A stretch of DNA of 64,000 nt from the NCBI GenBank assembly GCA_964477895.1, contig CAYZFQ010000002.1, positions 278,851 through 342,850 on the forward strand. Direction: 5' to 3'. Source of the DNA: an uncultured Bacteriovoracaceae bacterium (GTDB taxonomy: Bacteria; Bdellovibrionota; UBA2428). Positions 45,960 through 54,752 of the stretch are shown in pieces; the first letter of the stretch is position 1, and each line of letters opens with the position of its first letter. Position numbers and translations under genes: made by a program. Under the pieces are notes generated by a model that worked only from the letters and a program-made list of their open reading frames with translations, made no database searches and had not been told where the DNA came from.

Positions 45960-46337
45960 ATGAAATTTAGACTTTTTGCACTTTTTCTACTTCTTGCAAT
46001 CGCGGGCACCATTGTGGTGATTTTTTACCCCTATATCTTTTCAAAAAGGGTGCGCGGAGAAATTGTCAATGTTCAGCGAGTAGCCCCGGCTGAGGCCATT
46101 ATCGGCACGGGGGGCAAGGGCGTAAACAACGACTTCTTCTCCTTTGCTATTGCTGTAAGAGACGAAAAGTCACAAGAAATTTTCACCGCCAGCTCGGATG
46201 ATCGCCAGTGGGCTGTGGCCGAAACAGGCAAATGCGTGGAAACCAAAATATTCCCTTACCCACCCTGGAACTTGGGTGCGGGGGGGACTTACCACAATGC
46301 CCGACTCATCAAACTTTACGACTGTCCCACTCGCTAA
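45960..46337 (+). CDS. Membrane-anchored hypothetical protein
   Basis: 125 aa with the N-terminal TM helix FALFLLLAIAGTIVVIFYPYIF. Confidence 0.5.
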   Translation: MKFRLFALFLLLAIAGTIVVIFYPYIFSKRVRGEIVNVQRVAPAEAIIGTGGKGVNNDFFSFAIAVRDEKSQEIFTASSDDRQWAVAETGKCVETKIFPYPPWNLGAGGTYHNARLIKLYDCPTR

Positions 46338-46401
46338 CTTTTTAGAACTATTAAGTCCTCAGGAATCGGTCCCCCTGCTAACTCTCGTTCCAGAGGAAAT
46401 A

Positions 46402-47370
46402 ATGAGGAAGACTTACAAAAATATAAAGGGCCTGTGTTTTTTAACTTCGGTTTTCTGTTGGACTTCTGCGCAGGCGGGACTGCGGATGGAAGGCGACACC
46501 TCTCACTCGGAAGACCTTCGAGCAGAAGACATTAATTTGGAAGAATTTGCGGGGAGTTATCCTACCCTGAGTCCCGAGACTCAAAATGAGCTGGAGGCCC
46601 TCGACCAGGCCGAATCCCTCTTTATGGGCAATATCCAAGAAGAAACTAAGTCTGCGGCTGGGGGAATTTTCTCTCAACTTTTAGATGGGGCACCGGGAGG
46701 TCGCTTTTTAACCGTAGGCCACAATCCCGACCTCTATATTCAGTATTTCATGGCTTCCCCAGCACTTAAGAACGTGCAGTTTCTGATGGCAACCCTAAGA
46801 GGCGAACTTAAGATTGTTTCTGTCATATCCACCGGAGCTCTAATGAAAAGTAAACGCGTCATCCGAGGCATCCCCGGGTGGACTCCCGACTCTTCCTTCG
46901 AAAACCCACGCCCTATTACCGCTATGCATCCCGATGCCGAATCTGCAAAATATCCAGGTCGTGATAGACGATATGGCTATGGCAACATGGACTTCTTTAT
47001 GGATATCACCGGCGAAGGCAAAGCAGGTTTCCATGCCACTCTACTTCCCTCCTATCCCTTCTTAGGGATTCCCGCCTCCCATGGCTGCATTCGCCAAGGT
47101 CGGGGCCAGGCTGAAAATTTATTTGGTTTAGTAATAGCCAATGGAAAGTCTGCCAATGTGGTTCAGCACCCTGTGGGCAAAGACCCCGTGGGCGTGGACC
47201 TTGTGGCTCTGGAATATTTTGTGAAGCAAGATTTAGCCCATATCAAAAATCTTGCGCGCAAAGGTCAGTACGGAAAGCCGAGTGAAGTTCCTGCCGTACC
47301 CCAAGGAATTCCCGTGGCCATACCCCTCAATAATTTAGTGAATCGCGACACCCTACCGGGTCAAATTTAA
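46402..47370 (+). CDS. L,D-transpeptidase (YkuD domain) protein
   Basis: The start is set at MRKTYKNIKGLCFLTSVFCWTSAQA (signal peptide). The catalytic motif is HATLLPSYPFLGIPASHGCIRQ. Confidence 0.75.
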   Translation: MRKTYKNIKGLCFLTSVFCWTSAQAGLRMEGDTSHSEDLRAEDINLEEFAGSYPTLSPETQNELEALDQAESLFMGNIQEETKSAAGGIFSQLLDGAPGGRFLTVGHNPDLYIQYFMASPALKNVQFLMATLRGELKIVSVISTGALMKSKRVIRGIPGWTPDSSFENPRPITAMHPDAESAKYPGRDRRYGYGNMDFFMDITGEGKAGFHATLLPSYPFLGIPASHGCIRQGRGQAENLFGLVIANGKSANVVQHPVGKDPVGVDLVALEYFVKQDLAHIKNLARKGQYGKPSEVPAVPQGIPVAIPLNNLVNRDTLPGQI

Positions 47371-47373
47371 AAG

Positions 47374-47754
47374 CTATTTTTTGTCACGCACGCGGACCTT
47401 AACTTTATAAGTACCGGTCGAGTCATAGCTGAATAAAAAGTTATCTTTTTCCACTTTAGCTTTGCCGCAGTTAAAAGAAATAAGTTCGTGGTGATTTTTT
47501 TCAGCGTTAGCCTTAAGGTTATTTTCCCAAGACTTACATGCCTGCTGCCAAGCTTCTAGAGCCTTGGCCTTTTCGTTAAAAGGGGTGCCTGCTATTTCTT
47601 CACTCCCATTGGTGATTTCAAAGTCCGGAGCTTGGATTTGAAGTTTTTGAGAGTCCGCACCCTTCAACTTCACTTCCATTTCCTGACAAAAGGTTTTCCC
47701 ACCCAACACTGTGATTCCAAAAGCCAGCAGACAGCAGGTCCATTTTTTCTTCAT
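47374..47754 (-). CDS. Small secreted hypothetical protein
   Basis: 126 aa with the signal peptide MKKKWTCCLLAFGITVLGG. Confidence 0.55.
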   Translation of the reverse strand: MKKKWTCCLLAFGITVLGGKTFCQEMEVKLKGADSQKLQIQAPDFEITNGSEEIAGTPFNEKAKALEAWQQACKSWENNLKANAEKNHHELISFNCGKAKVEKDNFLFSYDSTGTYKVKVRVRDKK

Positions 47755-47831
47755 GTTTAACCCCTTTTTGACGCTCCTTTAGTGTAACCCCCGCTCGACA
47801 AAGTTTCCATCCAGTCGCAAACTAGGATGAG

Positions 47832-48599
47832 GTGTTTCACCATCAGCTGGATCGCAAAGTTTCCTTTTCAACGGCGTTTAACTGGCTCGTCCTGAGCTTC
47901 CTTGCGGGTTCGGTTAACGCGGGCGGAGCCCTGGCTTGTCACCGCTTCGTGACGCATGTTACCGGTTTTGCTACCTTGGCGGGAATTGACCTGGCCCACC
48001 AGCGCTGGACTTCGGCCGTGGGAATGTTCACCGTTCCTCTCTTCTTTTTATTTGGCGTTATGATTTCGGCCTATTTTATTGATCGGCGCATTCACTTAAA
48101 ACGCAGTCCTCTCTATTCCTTTGTTATGCTTCTTGTGGCTCTCTGCCTTTCGGCTGCCGCAGTGGGTGGTATCTACGATTTTTTTGGCCCCTTTGGAGCT
48201 ATGGTCGACATTAAGAAGGACTACATCCTTCTTTGTCTGTTGTGCATGGCGAGCGGATTGCAAAATGCCGCCATCACCTCGGCCTCGGGAGCCACCGTGC
48301 GCACAACTCACCTGACAGGGCTTACAACCGACTTAGGAATCGGAATTGTTCGCGCCTTCTACTCTCAGGAAGATAAGAACTTTAGAGTGCAGGCGCGACG
48401 CGCCAATCGCTTGAGGGTCTGTAGCCTTTTTGCCTTTGTTTTAGGCGGAGCCGCGGGAGCCTTCTTATTTTTAGAAGTGGCCTACCTGGGCTTTTTTATG
48501 CCTGCTGGGATAGCCCTTTATGCGGCTTTTCAGGAACTTCATCACCACACCCATAAGGAACTTGAAGAGGCTGCGGAAAACCTAAAGGATTTGCCCTAA
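47832..48599 (+). CDS. YoaK/DUF1275-family membrane protein
   Basis: FLAGSVNAGGALACHRFVTHVTGFAT and TTHLTGLTTDLGIG match the family pattern. Confidence 0.78.
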   Translation: MFHHQLDRKVSFSTAFNWLVLSFLAGSVNAGGALACHRFVTHVTGFATLAGIDLAHQRWTSAVGMFTVPLFFLFGVMISAYFIDRRIHLKRSPLYSFVMLLVALCLSAAAVGGIYDFFGPFGAMVDIKKDYILLCLLCMASGLQNAAITSASGATVRTTHLTGLTTDLGIGIVRAFYSQEDKNFRVQARRANRLRVCSLFAFVLGGAAGAFLFLEVAYLGFFMPAGIALYAAFQELHHHTHKELEEAAENLKDLP

Positions 48600-48628
48600 A
48601 GCGAGATTTTCGGCCCTACATGCGAAAA

Positions 48629-48790
48629 CTTTAACTGTGCGAGCTTAAGTGTGACAAAAGCTCCCGACGTCCGAAGGTAAATAATGTAAAAAAGCTCAAT
48701 GCCCTCCGATTTTACCCATAAAAACGACAAGCTATTGAATTTATTGCGCCAATAGCGACGGTTGTCACACTTAAGCTCGCACAGTTAAAG
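48629..48790. repeat. Inverted-repeat element, family E, copy 1 (perfect 29-bp arms)
   Basis: CTTTAACTGTGCGAGCTTAAGTGTGACAA at 48629-48657 has its exact reverse complement at 48762-48790. The spacer is 104 nt with no ORF. The element lies 29 nt after the yoaK stop. Confidence 0.85.
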
Positions 48791-48829
48791 CATTGACAGC
48801 TTATTGAGAAACGCAAACGATGCCAATCT

Positions 48830-49816
48830 ATGAATGCAGTCCGCGGGGTCTTTTTTTCCTTCCTTATCTTTGCTTCAGCACTAGCCTACCTTGTCTTTGG
48901 CAAAGACTTTATTCCTTCATTCTTTAAAAAAGCCGATTTTAGCGTGAGCGCCCAAAGCCTGCGGCTGAAAAAAGACGTTCAAGCCTTAGTGAGCACGGCC
49001 CAGCCCAGAAGCGTACAGAACTTGAAAAGTTTAAATCAAGCGGCCTCCTACATTCAAAAGGAATGGGAGAAATTAGGCTTGCATGTTTACCGCCAGACCT
49101 ATCAAGCGGGGGGACAAGAGCTCACAAACCTGCGCGTGGTTTTGGGTCCCACCCGGGGAGAGCGCTGGGTTATCGGAGCCCACTATGATGTTTGCACCGA
49201 AGATCATCCCCTAAATCCCGGGGCTGATGACAATGCCTCGGGAGTTGCCGTTCTCCTTGAGCTCTCACGACTGATTGTTGAAAATAAAATCTCCCTTCGA
49301 AGGCCTCTTGAACTTGTAGCCTTTAGCTCAGAGGAACCTCCTCATTTCGCCACTCCTCAAATGGGGTCCTACATCCATGCCGAGTCCTTAAAAAAAGCCA
49401 AAGTCGCGGTTAAGGGAATGCTGAGTTTAGAAATGTTGGGCTACTTCACCGATAGTCCAGGTTCTCAAGAATTTCCCTTCGGATTTTTAAGATACATTTA
49501 TCCCGACCGAGGAAATTTTTTAATGGTGGCAGGGGATTTGAAAAGTTTTGCCTTGAGCCGCAAAGTTCGCAAAGCTTTTCGGCGCACGGTGGATCTGCCT
49601 ACGCATTCCCTAAACGCCCCTGATGTCATTCGGGGCATACAATTTTCAGACCACCGCAATTACGCGGCCTTTGGTTTTCGAGCGGTGATGCTCACGGACA
49701 CGGCCTTTTACCGCAATAAAAACTATCACCGCTCCACGGACACCTGGGAAACTTTAAACTTTGAAAAAATGGCCGAGGCTGCACGGGCCTTAGCCTACTT
49801 TACACAACACGAATGA
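48830..49816 (+). CDS. M28-family aminopeptidase
   Basis: GAHYDV and GADDNASGVAVLLELSR are the zinc ligand motifs. An N-terminal membrane anchor or signal is present. Confidence 0.85.
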   Translation: MNAVRGVFFSFLIFASALAYLVFGKDFIPSFFKKADFSVSAQSLRLKKDVQALVSTAQPRSVQNLKSLNQAASYIQKEWEKLGLHVYRQTYQAGGQELTNLRVVLGPTRGERWVIGAHYDVCTEDHPLNPGADDNASGVAVLLELSRLIVENKISLRRPLELVAFSSEEPPHFATPQMGSYIHAESLKKAKVAVKGMLSLEMLGYFTDSPGSQEFPFGFLRYIYPDRGNFLMVAGDLKSFALSRKVRKAFRRTVDLPTHSLNAPDVIRGIQFSDHRNYAAFGFRAVMLTDTAFYRNKNYHRSTDTWETLNFEKMAEAARALAYFTQHE

Positions 49817-49835
49817 GAGTTCTTTCCCTCTAAGA

Positions 49836-50750
49836 TTACGACCACCAATGCAGAAGAAGTTCTACCAATGGCAAAAGTAGAAACGACAAAATCAAACTCA
49901 TAAGGACCGCTACCGAAGACTTTTCGGGTTCGGCCTTAAGTGCGGAGGCAAGAGCCACCATATTTGCCGCTAGCGGCAAAAAGGCAACGACAATAATTCC
50001 TTTGCGCGCAAAGGAGTCGAAGAGATGGAAGTGCTCCCGATCGAAGTACAAAAACAAGCCTACCGTGCCGGGCCATAACAGATATTTGGCAACAAAAGCA
50101 AAGGCGCAAAATTTCAGATCAAAGGACCTTTCCTTAAGGTCGGCTAGTGCCATCCCGATGAGCATCATTCCCAAAATCAAGTAGGCCCCACGAGCTGCTG
50201 TAAAAACTTCTTCAAGAAAACCTAAGCTCCGCATACCCAAATGATTGAGAATAAGACCCGCTACAAAGGCGTAGAGCGAAGGTAAGACTAAAACCTTTGC
50301 CAAACTTTCGCGACGACTGTGCTGCCCCCGAGCGGTGACATAAAACCCCAAGGTGTTTTCATATAGAATAAATCCAAAAGAAAGCATCACGGCTTGCGCA
50401 AAGGCGGCCTCTCCTAAAAGGGCCACGGCCAGCGGAAGACCCACGTAGCCCGAATTGCAGTTCCCCACCGTGTAGGCCAAAATATTTGAGGCCGGCCGAG
50501 GGAAAAACTTCTCGGCAAGGGGGCGCAGCACCAAACAAAAAAAAGTGCCTAAGGTGAAAGTAAAGACAGGAAGCAGCAATCGACTCTGATCTAGTGGGAC
50601 CATAAGCACACCCTTAAATACAATAAGGGGTGTCACAAAATAAATAAGAAGACTTGCGATACCTTCTTTGCGCACTTTGTGAATGCGGGTTGCCAAAAAT
50701 CCCAAATAGATTAACGCACTCAAAGGAAAAACCTTTACGTAAATCGACAC
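49836..50750 (-). CDS. AEC (auxin efflux carrier) family transporter
   Basis: 304 aa and polytopic, with the two-halves topology typical of the family. Confidence 0.7.
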   Translation of the reverse strand: MSIYVKVFPLSALIYLGFLATRIHKVRKEGIASLLIYFVTPLIVFKGVLMVPLDQSRLLLPVFTFTLGTFFCLVLRPLAEKFFPRPASNILAYTVGNCNSGYVGLPLAVALLGEAAFAQAVMLSFGFILYENTLGFYVTARGQHSRRESLAKVLVLPSLYAFVAGLILNHLGMRSLGFLEEVFTAARGAYLILGMMLIGMALADLKERSFDLKFCAFAFVAKYLLWPGTVGLFLYFDREHFHLFDSFARKGIIVVAFLPLAANMVALASALKAEPEKSSVAVLMSLILSFLLLPLVELLLHWWS

Positions 50751-50840
50751 TCCACTTTTCTACCACGAAGTTTCCCCCCAAACCCGTTGCGGGACGCGCC
50801 GACTCGCTCTAAGCTCTTCTTCTTTACAACTGGAGGTAAC

Positions 50841-51440
50841 ATGAAAACGACATATCTTTTAGCATTTGCACTGAGCAGCCTGTCCGCTGTCGCCGCGCCC
50901 ACTAAGGTTCTAAAAATCAAGCCCGCAGAATCTGAACTTTTGTGGACGGGAAAAAAGGTTACCGGTGCCCATAATGGTGCCATTAAAATTAAAGATGGCT
51001 CTTTAAAACTTTCAGCCGACAAAGTGGTGGGCGGCACCATCAATATTGATATGAGCACAATTAGCGTGGCGGACATCACAGATCCAAAAACCAACGAGAA
51101 ACTCCTCGGCCATTTAAAAAGTGATGACTTCTTTTCGGTTGATAAAAACAAAACTGCAAAGTTTGAGATCAAAAAAGTCGAGCCCATTGCCAATGCTCCA
51201 GCGGGCAAAGCCAACGCAACTGTGAGCGGCGACCTCACGATCAAAGGCACCACCAAGCCACTCAGCTTCCCTGCCGTTCTCGAAGTGACAAAAGACAGCG
51301 TGAAAGCCACCGGGACTGCCGAAGTGGACCGCACTCTCTATGGCGTAAAATACGGCTCCGGCAAATTCTTTGAGAATCTGGGAGATAAAGCCATTGACGA
51401 CAAGTTTAAAATTGACCTCAAAGTTACAGCCGCTAAATAA
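50841..51440 (+). CDS. YceI-family periplasmic protein
   Basis: The start is set at MKTTYLLAFALSSLSAVAAP, preceded by a GGAGG RBS. The fold pattern includes WTGKKVTGAHNGAIKIKDG and DRTLYGVKYGSG. Confidence 0.82.
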   Translation: MKTTYLLAFALSSLSAVAAPTKVLKIKPAESELLWTGKKVTGAHNGAIKIKDGSLKLSADKVVGGTINIDMSTISVADITDPKTNEKLLGHLKSDDFFSVDKNKTAKFEIKKVEPIANAPAGKANATVSGDLTIKGTTKPLSFPAVLEVTKDSVKATGTAEVDRTLYGVKYGSGKFFENLGDKAIDDKFKIDLKVTAAK

Positions 51441-51446
51441 GGAGGC

Positions 51447-53450
51447 ATGAGCCGCCTTCAGTTCACGATCGATAAAAAGTCTATCGATACTCGCGCGCGG
51501 GCGGCTCGCTTTAAGACCCTGCACAACGAAGTCCTCACCCCGCTTTTTATGCCGGTGGGGACTTACGCCGCCGTAAGGCATATCCGCACCCCCGATCTGC
51601 TCTCAACCGGAAGCCAAATTCTTTTGGCCAATACCTATCACTTACTCCTTCGACCAGGTCCTGAGGTTTTTAAAAGTTTCGGCGACATTCACCGCTTTAT
51701 GAATTGGCCTAAATCCGTGCTCACCGATTCGGGGGGCTACCAAATTTTTTCTCTGCCTAAATCTCGACGAATTACAGAAGAGGGCGCCAAATTCCAAAGC
51801 TACTTAGATGGCACTAGCTATTTGCTAAGCCCCGAACTGAGCATCGGCACTCAACGCGCCATCGGATCCGACATCATGATGGCTCTCGATGTGTGTGTTC
51901 CCTCCACCTGTGATTATTCCGTAGCCCTTGAGGCCATGGACCGCACTCACCGCTGGGCCGAGCGCTCACTCCAAGCCCGCGGCGAAAGCTTGCAGTCACT
52001 TTTTGGCATCGTTCAAGGAGCCTGCTTTGAAGATTTGCGAAAGCAAAGTGCAAGCGCCATCACCTCGCTGCCCTTTGATGGTTTTGCCATTGGAGGATTG
52101 GCTGTGGGTGAAACAAAATCGGAGCGCGAGGATTTCACAGAACTTTGCGCGCAGCTCCTTCCCGAAAATTCTCCGCGCTACCTTATGGGAGTGGGCACTC
52201 CCATTGATTTGTTAGAAGCGGTGGCTCGAGGCGTGGATATGTTTGACTGCATCATCCCCACCGCCCTAGCCGAACAAGGAATTGCCTATACTTTTGAAGG
52301 GATCAAAAAAGTAGGTCGGAGCGTTTATAAGTTTTCCAAAGCCCCCATTGAAGAAGGCTGCCCTTGTGAAGCCTGCACCACTTATTCTCTGGGCTACCTT
52401 CACCACACTTCCAAGCGCAAAGAACCTTATGGCACTTCTCTTATCGCCCTTCACAACATCACTTTTTACCATCGGCTTATGGCCAAAATGCGCCAAGGAA
52501 TTTTAGATGACTCCTTCAGTAGTTTTTACCGCGAAGCCAGAGAAAAGTTGGCCCGTGAAGATCAGCAGCATCCCGCCCATCCGCCTAAAATCAAACGTCG
52601 TCGAGAACGCCGCCTCGAATGGGGAAACTTCGCTCTTAAGATAAATGCCGAGGGCGGAGCCCATATCCAGCACAAAGAGTCTCTCGAAATTATGCACCGA
52701 AGCGCCTCACCCGATGTCGAAGCGCATAAGCTTTATGTGGAAGAATCGGGTCTAGCGGAGGCACTTAAAAACTCGAAGCCTCTTACAGTTTGGGATTTGG
52801 GCTTAGGTTGTGCGCACAATGCCATGGCTACACTGAATGAGTGGGAGAAATTAAAAAAAGCGGGCCAAGAGGGCGAGACTTTAGCTCAGGTCCATCTTTA
52901 TTCTTTTGAAAATGATTTAGATGCCCTTCGTTTGGCCGTAGCAAGGCCCGATCTTTTTAAGCATATACGGCACGGAGCTCCGGTGGCCCTTCTTGAAAGA
53001 GGGGAATGGTGCTCGGAAGACGGACTTTTTAAATGGAAGCTTATTGAGGGCGACTTCAGAAAAGAGATTTCCCAGGCTCCTCCTGCAGATTTTATTTTCT
53101 TCGACCCCTTCTCCAGCAAAACCAATCCTGAATCTTGGACCTACGATTTTCTAAAAAAAATCTTTGATCAGTGTCGTGGAAACGAAAGCAGGCTTATCAC
53201 ATATTCTCAGTCTACAGCCTTTCGCGCGGCTCTTTTAGCGGCAGGTTTTTATGTCTCAAGCACCCAAGGCTTTGGCCCTCAGGGCGATAGCACCCATGCC
53301 GCCAACGAAGCCCGACTCGCACCAAAGCTTCTAGATAAAACTTGGCTGGAGCGCTTTACTCGCAGTGAGCGGCCCTATCCCGTAGATGTTCCGAAAGAAG
53401 AAAGCGAAATTTTCCGCCAAAAGATCCTAAATCATCCGCAGTTTTTATAG
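51447..53450 (+). CDS. tgt: tRNA-guanine transglycosylase (Tgt) fused to an MnmC-type (DUF752) SAM-dependent methyltransferase domain
   Basis: Residues 1 to about 375 have LFMPVGT, DSGGYQIFS, GGLAVGE, YLMGVGTP and the Zn site CPCEAC..YLHH. Residues about 390-650 align by eye with E. coli MnmC's N-terminal domain (WDLGLGCAHNAM; FFDPFSSKTNPESW; LITYSQSTAFRAALLAAGF). Confidence 0.88.
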   Translation: MSRLQFTIDKKSIDTRARAARFKTLHNEVLTPLFMPVGTYAAVRHIRTPDLLSTGSQILLANTYHLLLRPGPEVFKSFGDIHRFMNWPKSVLTDSGGYQIFSLPKSRRITEEGAKFQSYLDGTSYLLSPELSIGTQRAIGSDIMMALDVCVPSTCDYSVALEAMDRTHRWAERSLQARGESLQSLFGIVQGACFEDLRKQSASAITSLPFDGFAIGGLAVGETKSEREDFTELCAQLLPENSPRYLMGVGTPIDLLEAVARGVDMFDCIIPTALAEQGIAYTFEGIKKVGRSVYKFSKAPIEEGCPCEACTTYSLGYLHHTSKRKEPYGTSLIALHNITFYHRLMAKMRQGILDDSFSSFYREAREKLAREDQQHPAHPPKIKRRRERRLEWGNFALKINAEGGAHIQHKESLEIMHRSASPDVEAHKLYVEESGLAEALKNSKPLTVWDLGLGCAHNAMATLNEWEKLKKAGQEGETLAQVHLYSFENDLDALRLAVARPDLFKHIRHGAPVALLERGEWCSEDGLFKWKLIEGDFRKEISQAPPADFIFFDPFSSKTNPESWTYDFLKKIFDQCRGNESRLITYSQSTAFRAALLAAGFYVSSTQGFGPQGDSTHAANEARLAPKLLDKTWLERFTRSERPYPVDVPKEESEIFRQKILNHPQFL

Positions 53451-53780
53451 CTGGGTTAGTGTGACACAAAGCGCTTTAAGATTTGAACCTGTCTGTGTGG
53501 GTATAAAAGTAGGGGCCGAAGTGGAAAAGGGCTTCTTGAATGAAACTATCTCTAGTTCTCCGCTTCCGTCTCGAGGCACCTGTAATTCAGGGCTACCCAT
53601 TAAAATTTTGTTTAATTTTTGCAGCATCAAATGCCAGGGGCGCTCATTAACGTCAGGCACACAGTACACAGCACTGGTGCCAACAGCGATGGGTACGGAA
53701 GCAGGCTTTCGCTCTGATGAAGCCGCTAAAGACAAAGAAGACACTAGGGCTAAACCGGAAAATCTTATATTCATCCCCAC
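53445..53780 (-). CDS. Small secreted hypothetical protein
   Basis: 111 aa with the signal-like segment NIRFSGLALVSSLSLAASS. Its 3' end overlaps the tgt stop by 6 nt in convergent orientation. Confidence 0.4.
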   Translation of the reverse strand: MGMNIRFSGLALVSSLSLAASSERKPASVPIAVGTSAVYCVPDVNERPWHLMLQKLNKILMGSPELQVPRDGSGELEIVSFKKPFSTSAPTFIPTQTGSNLKALCVTLTQL

Positions 53781-53801
53781 ATCTTAGAGATTTTCCCCCA
53801 T

Positions 53802-53835
53802 AAAAAAAGGGCGCCCCTTAAAAAAGGAGCGCCCC
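53802..53835 (-). terminator. Probable rplC terminator
   Basis: The minus strand reads GGGGCGCTCC-T6-AAGGGGCGCCC-T7. GGGCGC can pair with GCGCCC, followed by a U7 run. It lies 30 nt after the rplC stop. Confidence 0.45.
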
Positions 53836-53864
53836 ATCGGCAATCTAAATCAATCCCAAAGGCC

Positions 53865-54611
53865 TTATTCCGCAGCAGGGGCCTCAGCAGCCGCCTCTTG
53901 AGAAGTGGGCTTACGATTCGCAAATCCACCCTTCACGCTGGCCTTCAATACCAAGTAACCATTTTTAGCACCAGGAACAGCACCCTTAATCAAAACAAGA
54001 TTATTTTCCACTTCAATGGCGACAACCTTGAGGTTTTGAACGGTCACTTTTTCGTTACCCATATGGCCTGGCATTTTTTTATTCTTAAACACTTTACCTG
54101 GATCGGAACGGTTACCAATAGAGCCCCCGTGACGGAAATGCTCATGCGTTCCGTGAGCCGCGTCTTTACCCGCAAAGTTGTGACGTTTCATGACGCCCGC
54201 AAAACCCTTACCAATTGAGGTCCCAATCACGTCCACCTTATCACCCACCGTTAAGATGTCGGCCTTAAGAACTTGGCCCACTTCATAACCCTCGATGTTG
54301 GCGTCATCTAAGCGGACTTCTTTAATCACTCGCTTCACTGGGGTTTTGGCTTTGGCGGCATGACCCGCTTCAGGCTTAGTCACCCGTTGTTTTTTCTTAT
54401 CCGAAAAACCAAGTTGCACGGCACTGTAGCCGTCGGTAGCTACCGTTTTCTTTTGCAAGACCACGCAAGGTCCCACTTCAATCGCGGTCACAGGAATAAC
54501 ATCTCCGGTTTCCGGATTAAAAATTTGGGTCATGCCCACTTTTTTACCGAGCAAAGCAAAGGGGAAACCCGCTTTGAGTTTTGATTCTATGGATTTTTTT
54601 GCAGCTTTCAT
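53865..54611 (-). CDS. rplC: 50S ribosomal protein L3
   Basis: GKKVGMTQIF, TKPEAGH, GKGFAGVMKRHNF and PGHMGNEKVTVQNL align with E. coli L3. It has an N-terminal extension of about 20 aa and an Ala/Glu-rich C-terminal tail. An AGGAG RBS is present. Confidence 0.93.
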   Translation of the reverse strand: MKAAKKSIESKLKAGFPFALLGKKVGMTQIFNPETGDVIPVTAIEVGPCVVLQKKTVATDGYSAVQLGFSDKKKQRVTKPEAGHAAKAKTPVKRVIKEVRLDDANIEGYEVGQVLKADILTVGDKVDVIGTSIGKGFAGVMKRHNFAGKDAAHGTHEHFRHGGSIGNRSDPGKVFKNKKMPGHMGNEKVTVQNLKVVAIEVENNLVLIKGAVPGAKNGYLVLKASVKGGFANRKPTSQEAAAEAPAAE

Positions 54612-54623
54612 GAGACTCCTAAT

Positions 54624-54639
54624 AACTCTTTAAAGAGTT
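54624..54639. promoter_or_regulatory. Perfect 16-bp palindrome in the rplC leader
   Basis: AACTCTTTAAAGAGTT lies immediately upstream of the rplC Shine-Dalgarno sequence on the minus strand. Confidence 0.4.
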
Positions 54640-54752
54640 TTAGCTTTGCAACATCATTCCGAATCTCCCCAATGGAGGTGGAACTGCAGCAGTGAGAAGC
54701 CTTTAGACCGCATTTCTGGTGGAGTAAAGCCTTTCATGATAGTTGCCTTCTG

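Noticed and set aside
48629-48790. Family-E inverted-repeat elements considered as integron attC sites.
   Set aside because: The ends (CTTTAAC...GTTAAAG) only loosely resemble the attC R''/R' core sites RYYYAAC/GTTRRRY, and copies 2 and 3 do not fit. There is no intI gene and no cassette-like promoterless ORF array, and the flanking genes are ordinary housekeeping genes.
50735-51334. Long antisense ORFs inside well-supported genes. Examples are 50735-51334 opposite yceI, 10115-10735 opposite fadD, 8349-8861 opposite aroB, 26977-27465 opposite valS and 5929-6366 opposite the aroK/D/E fusion.
   Set aside because: Their products have low-complexity or Arg/Ser/Pro-rich composition and no starts with an RBS. 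The opposite strand carries strongly motif-supported genes. These are typical shadow ORFs in sequence of about 50% GC.
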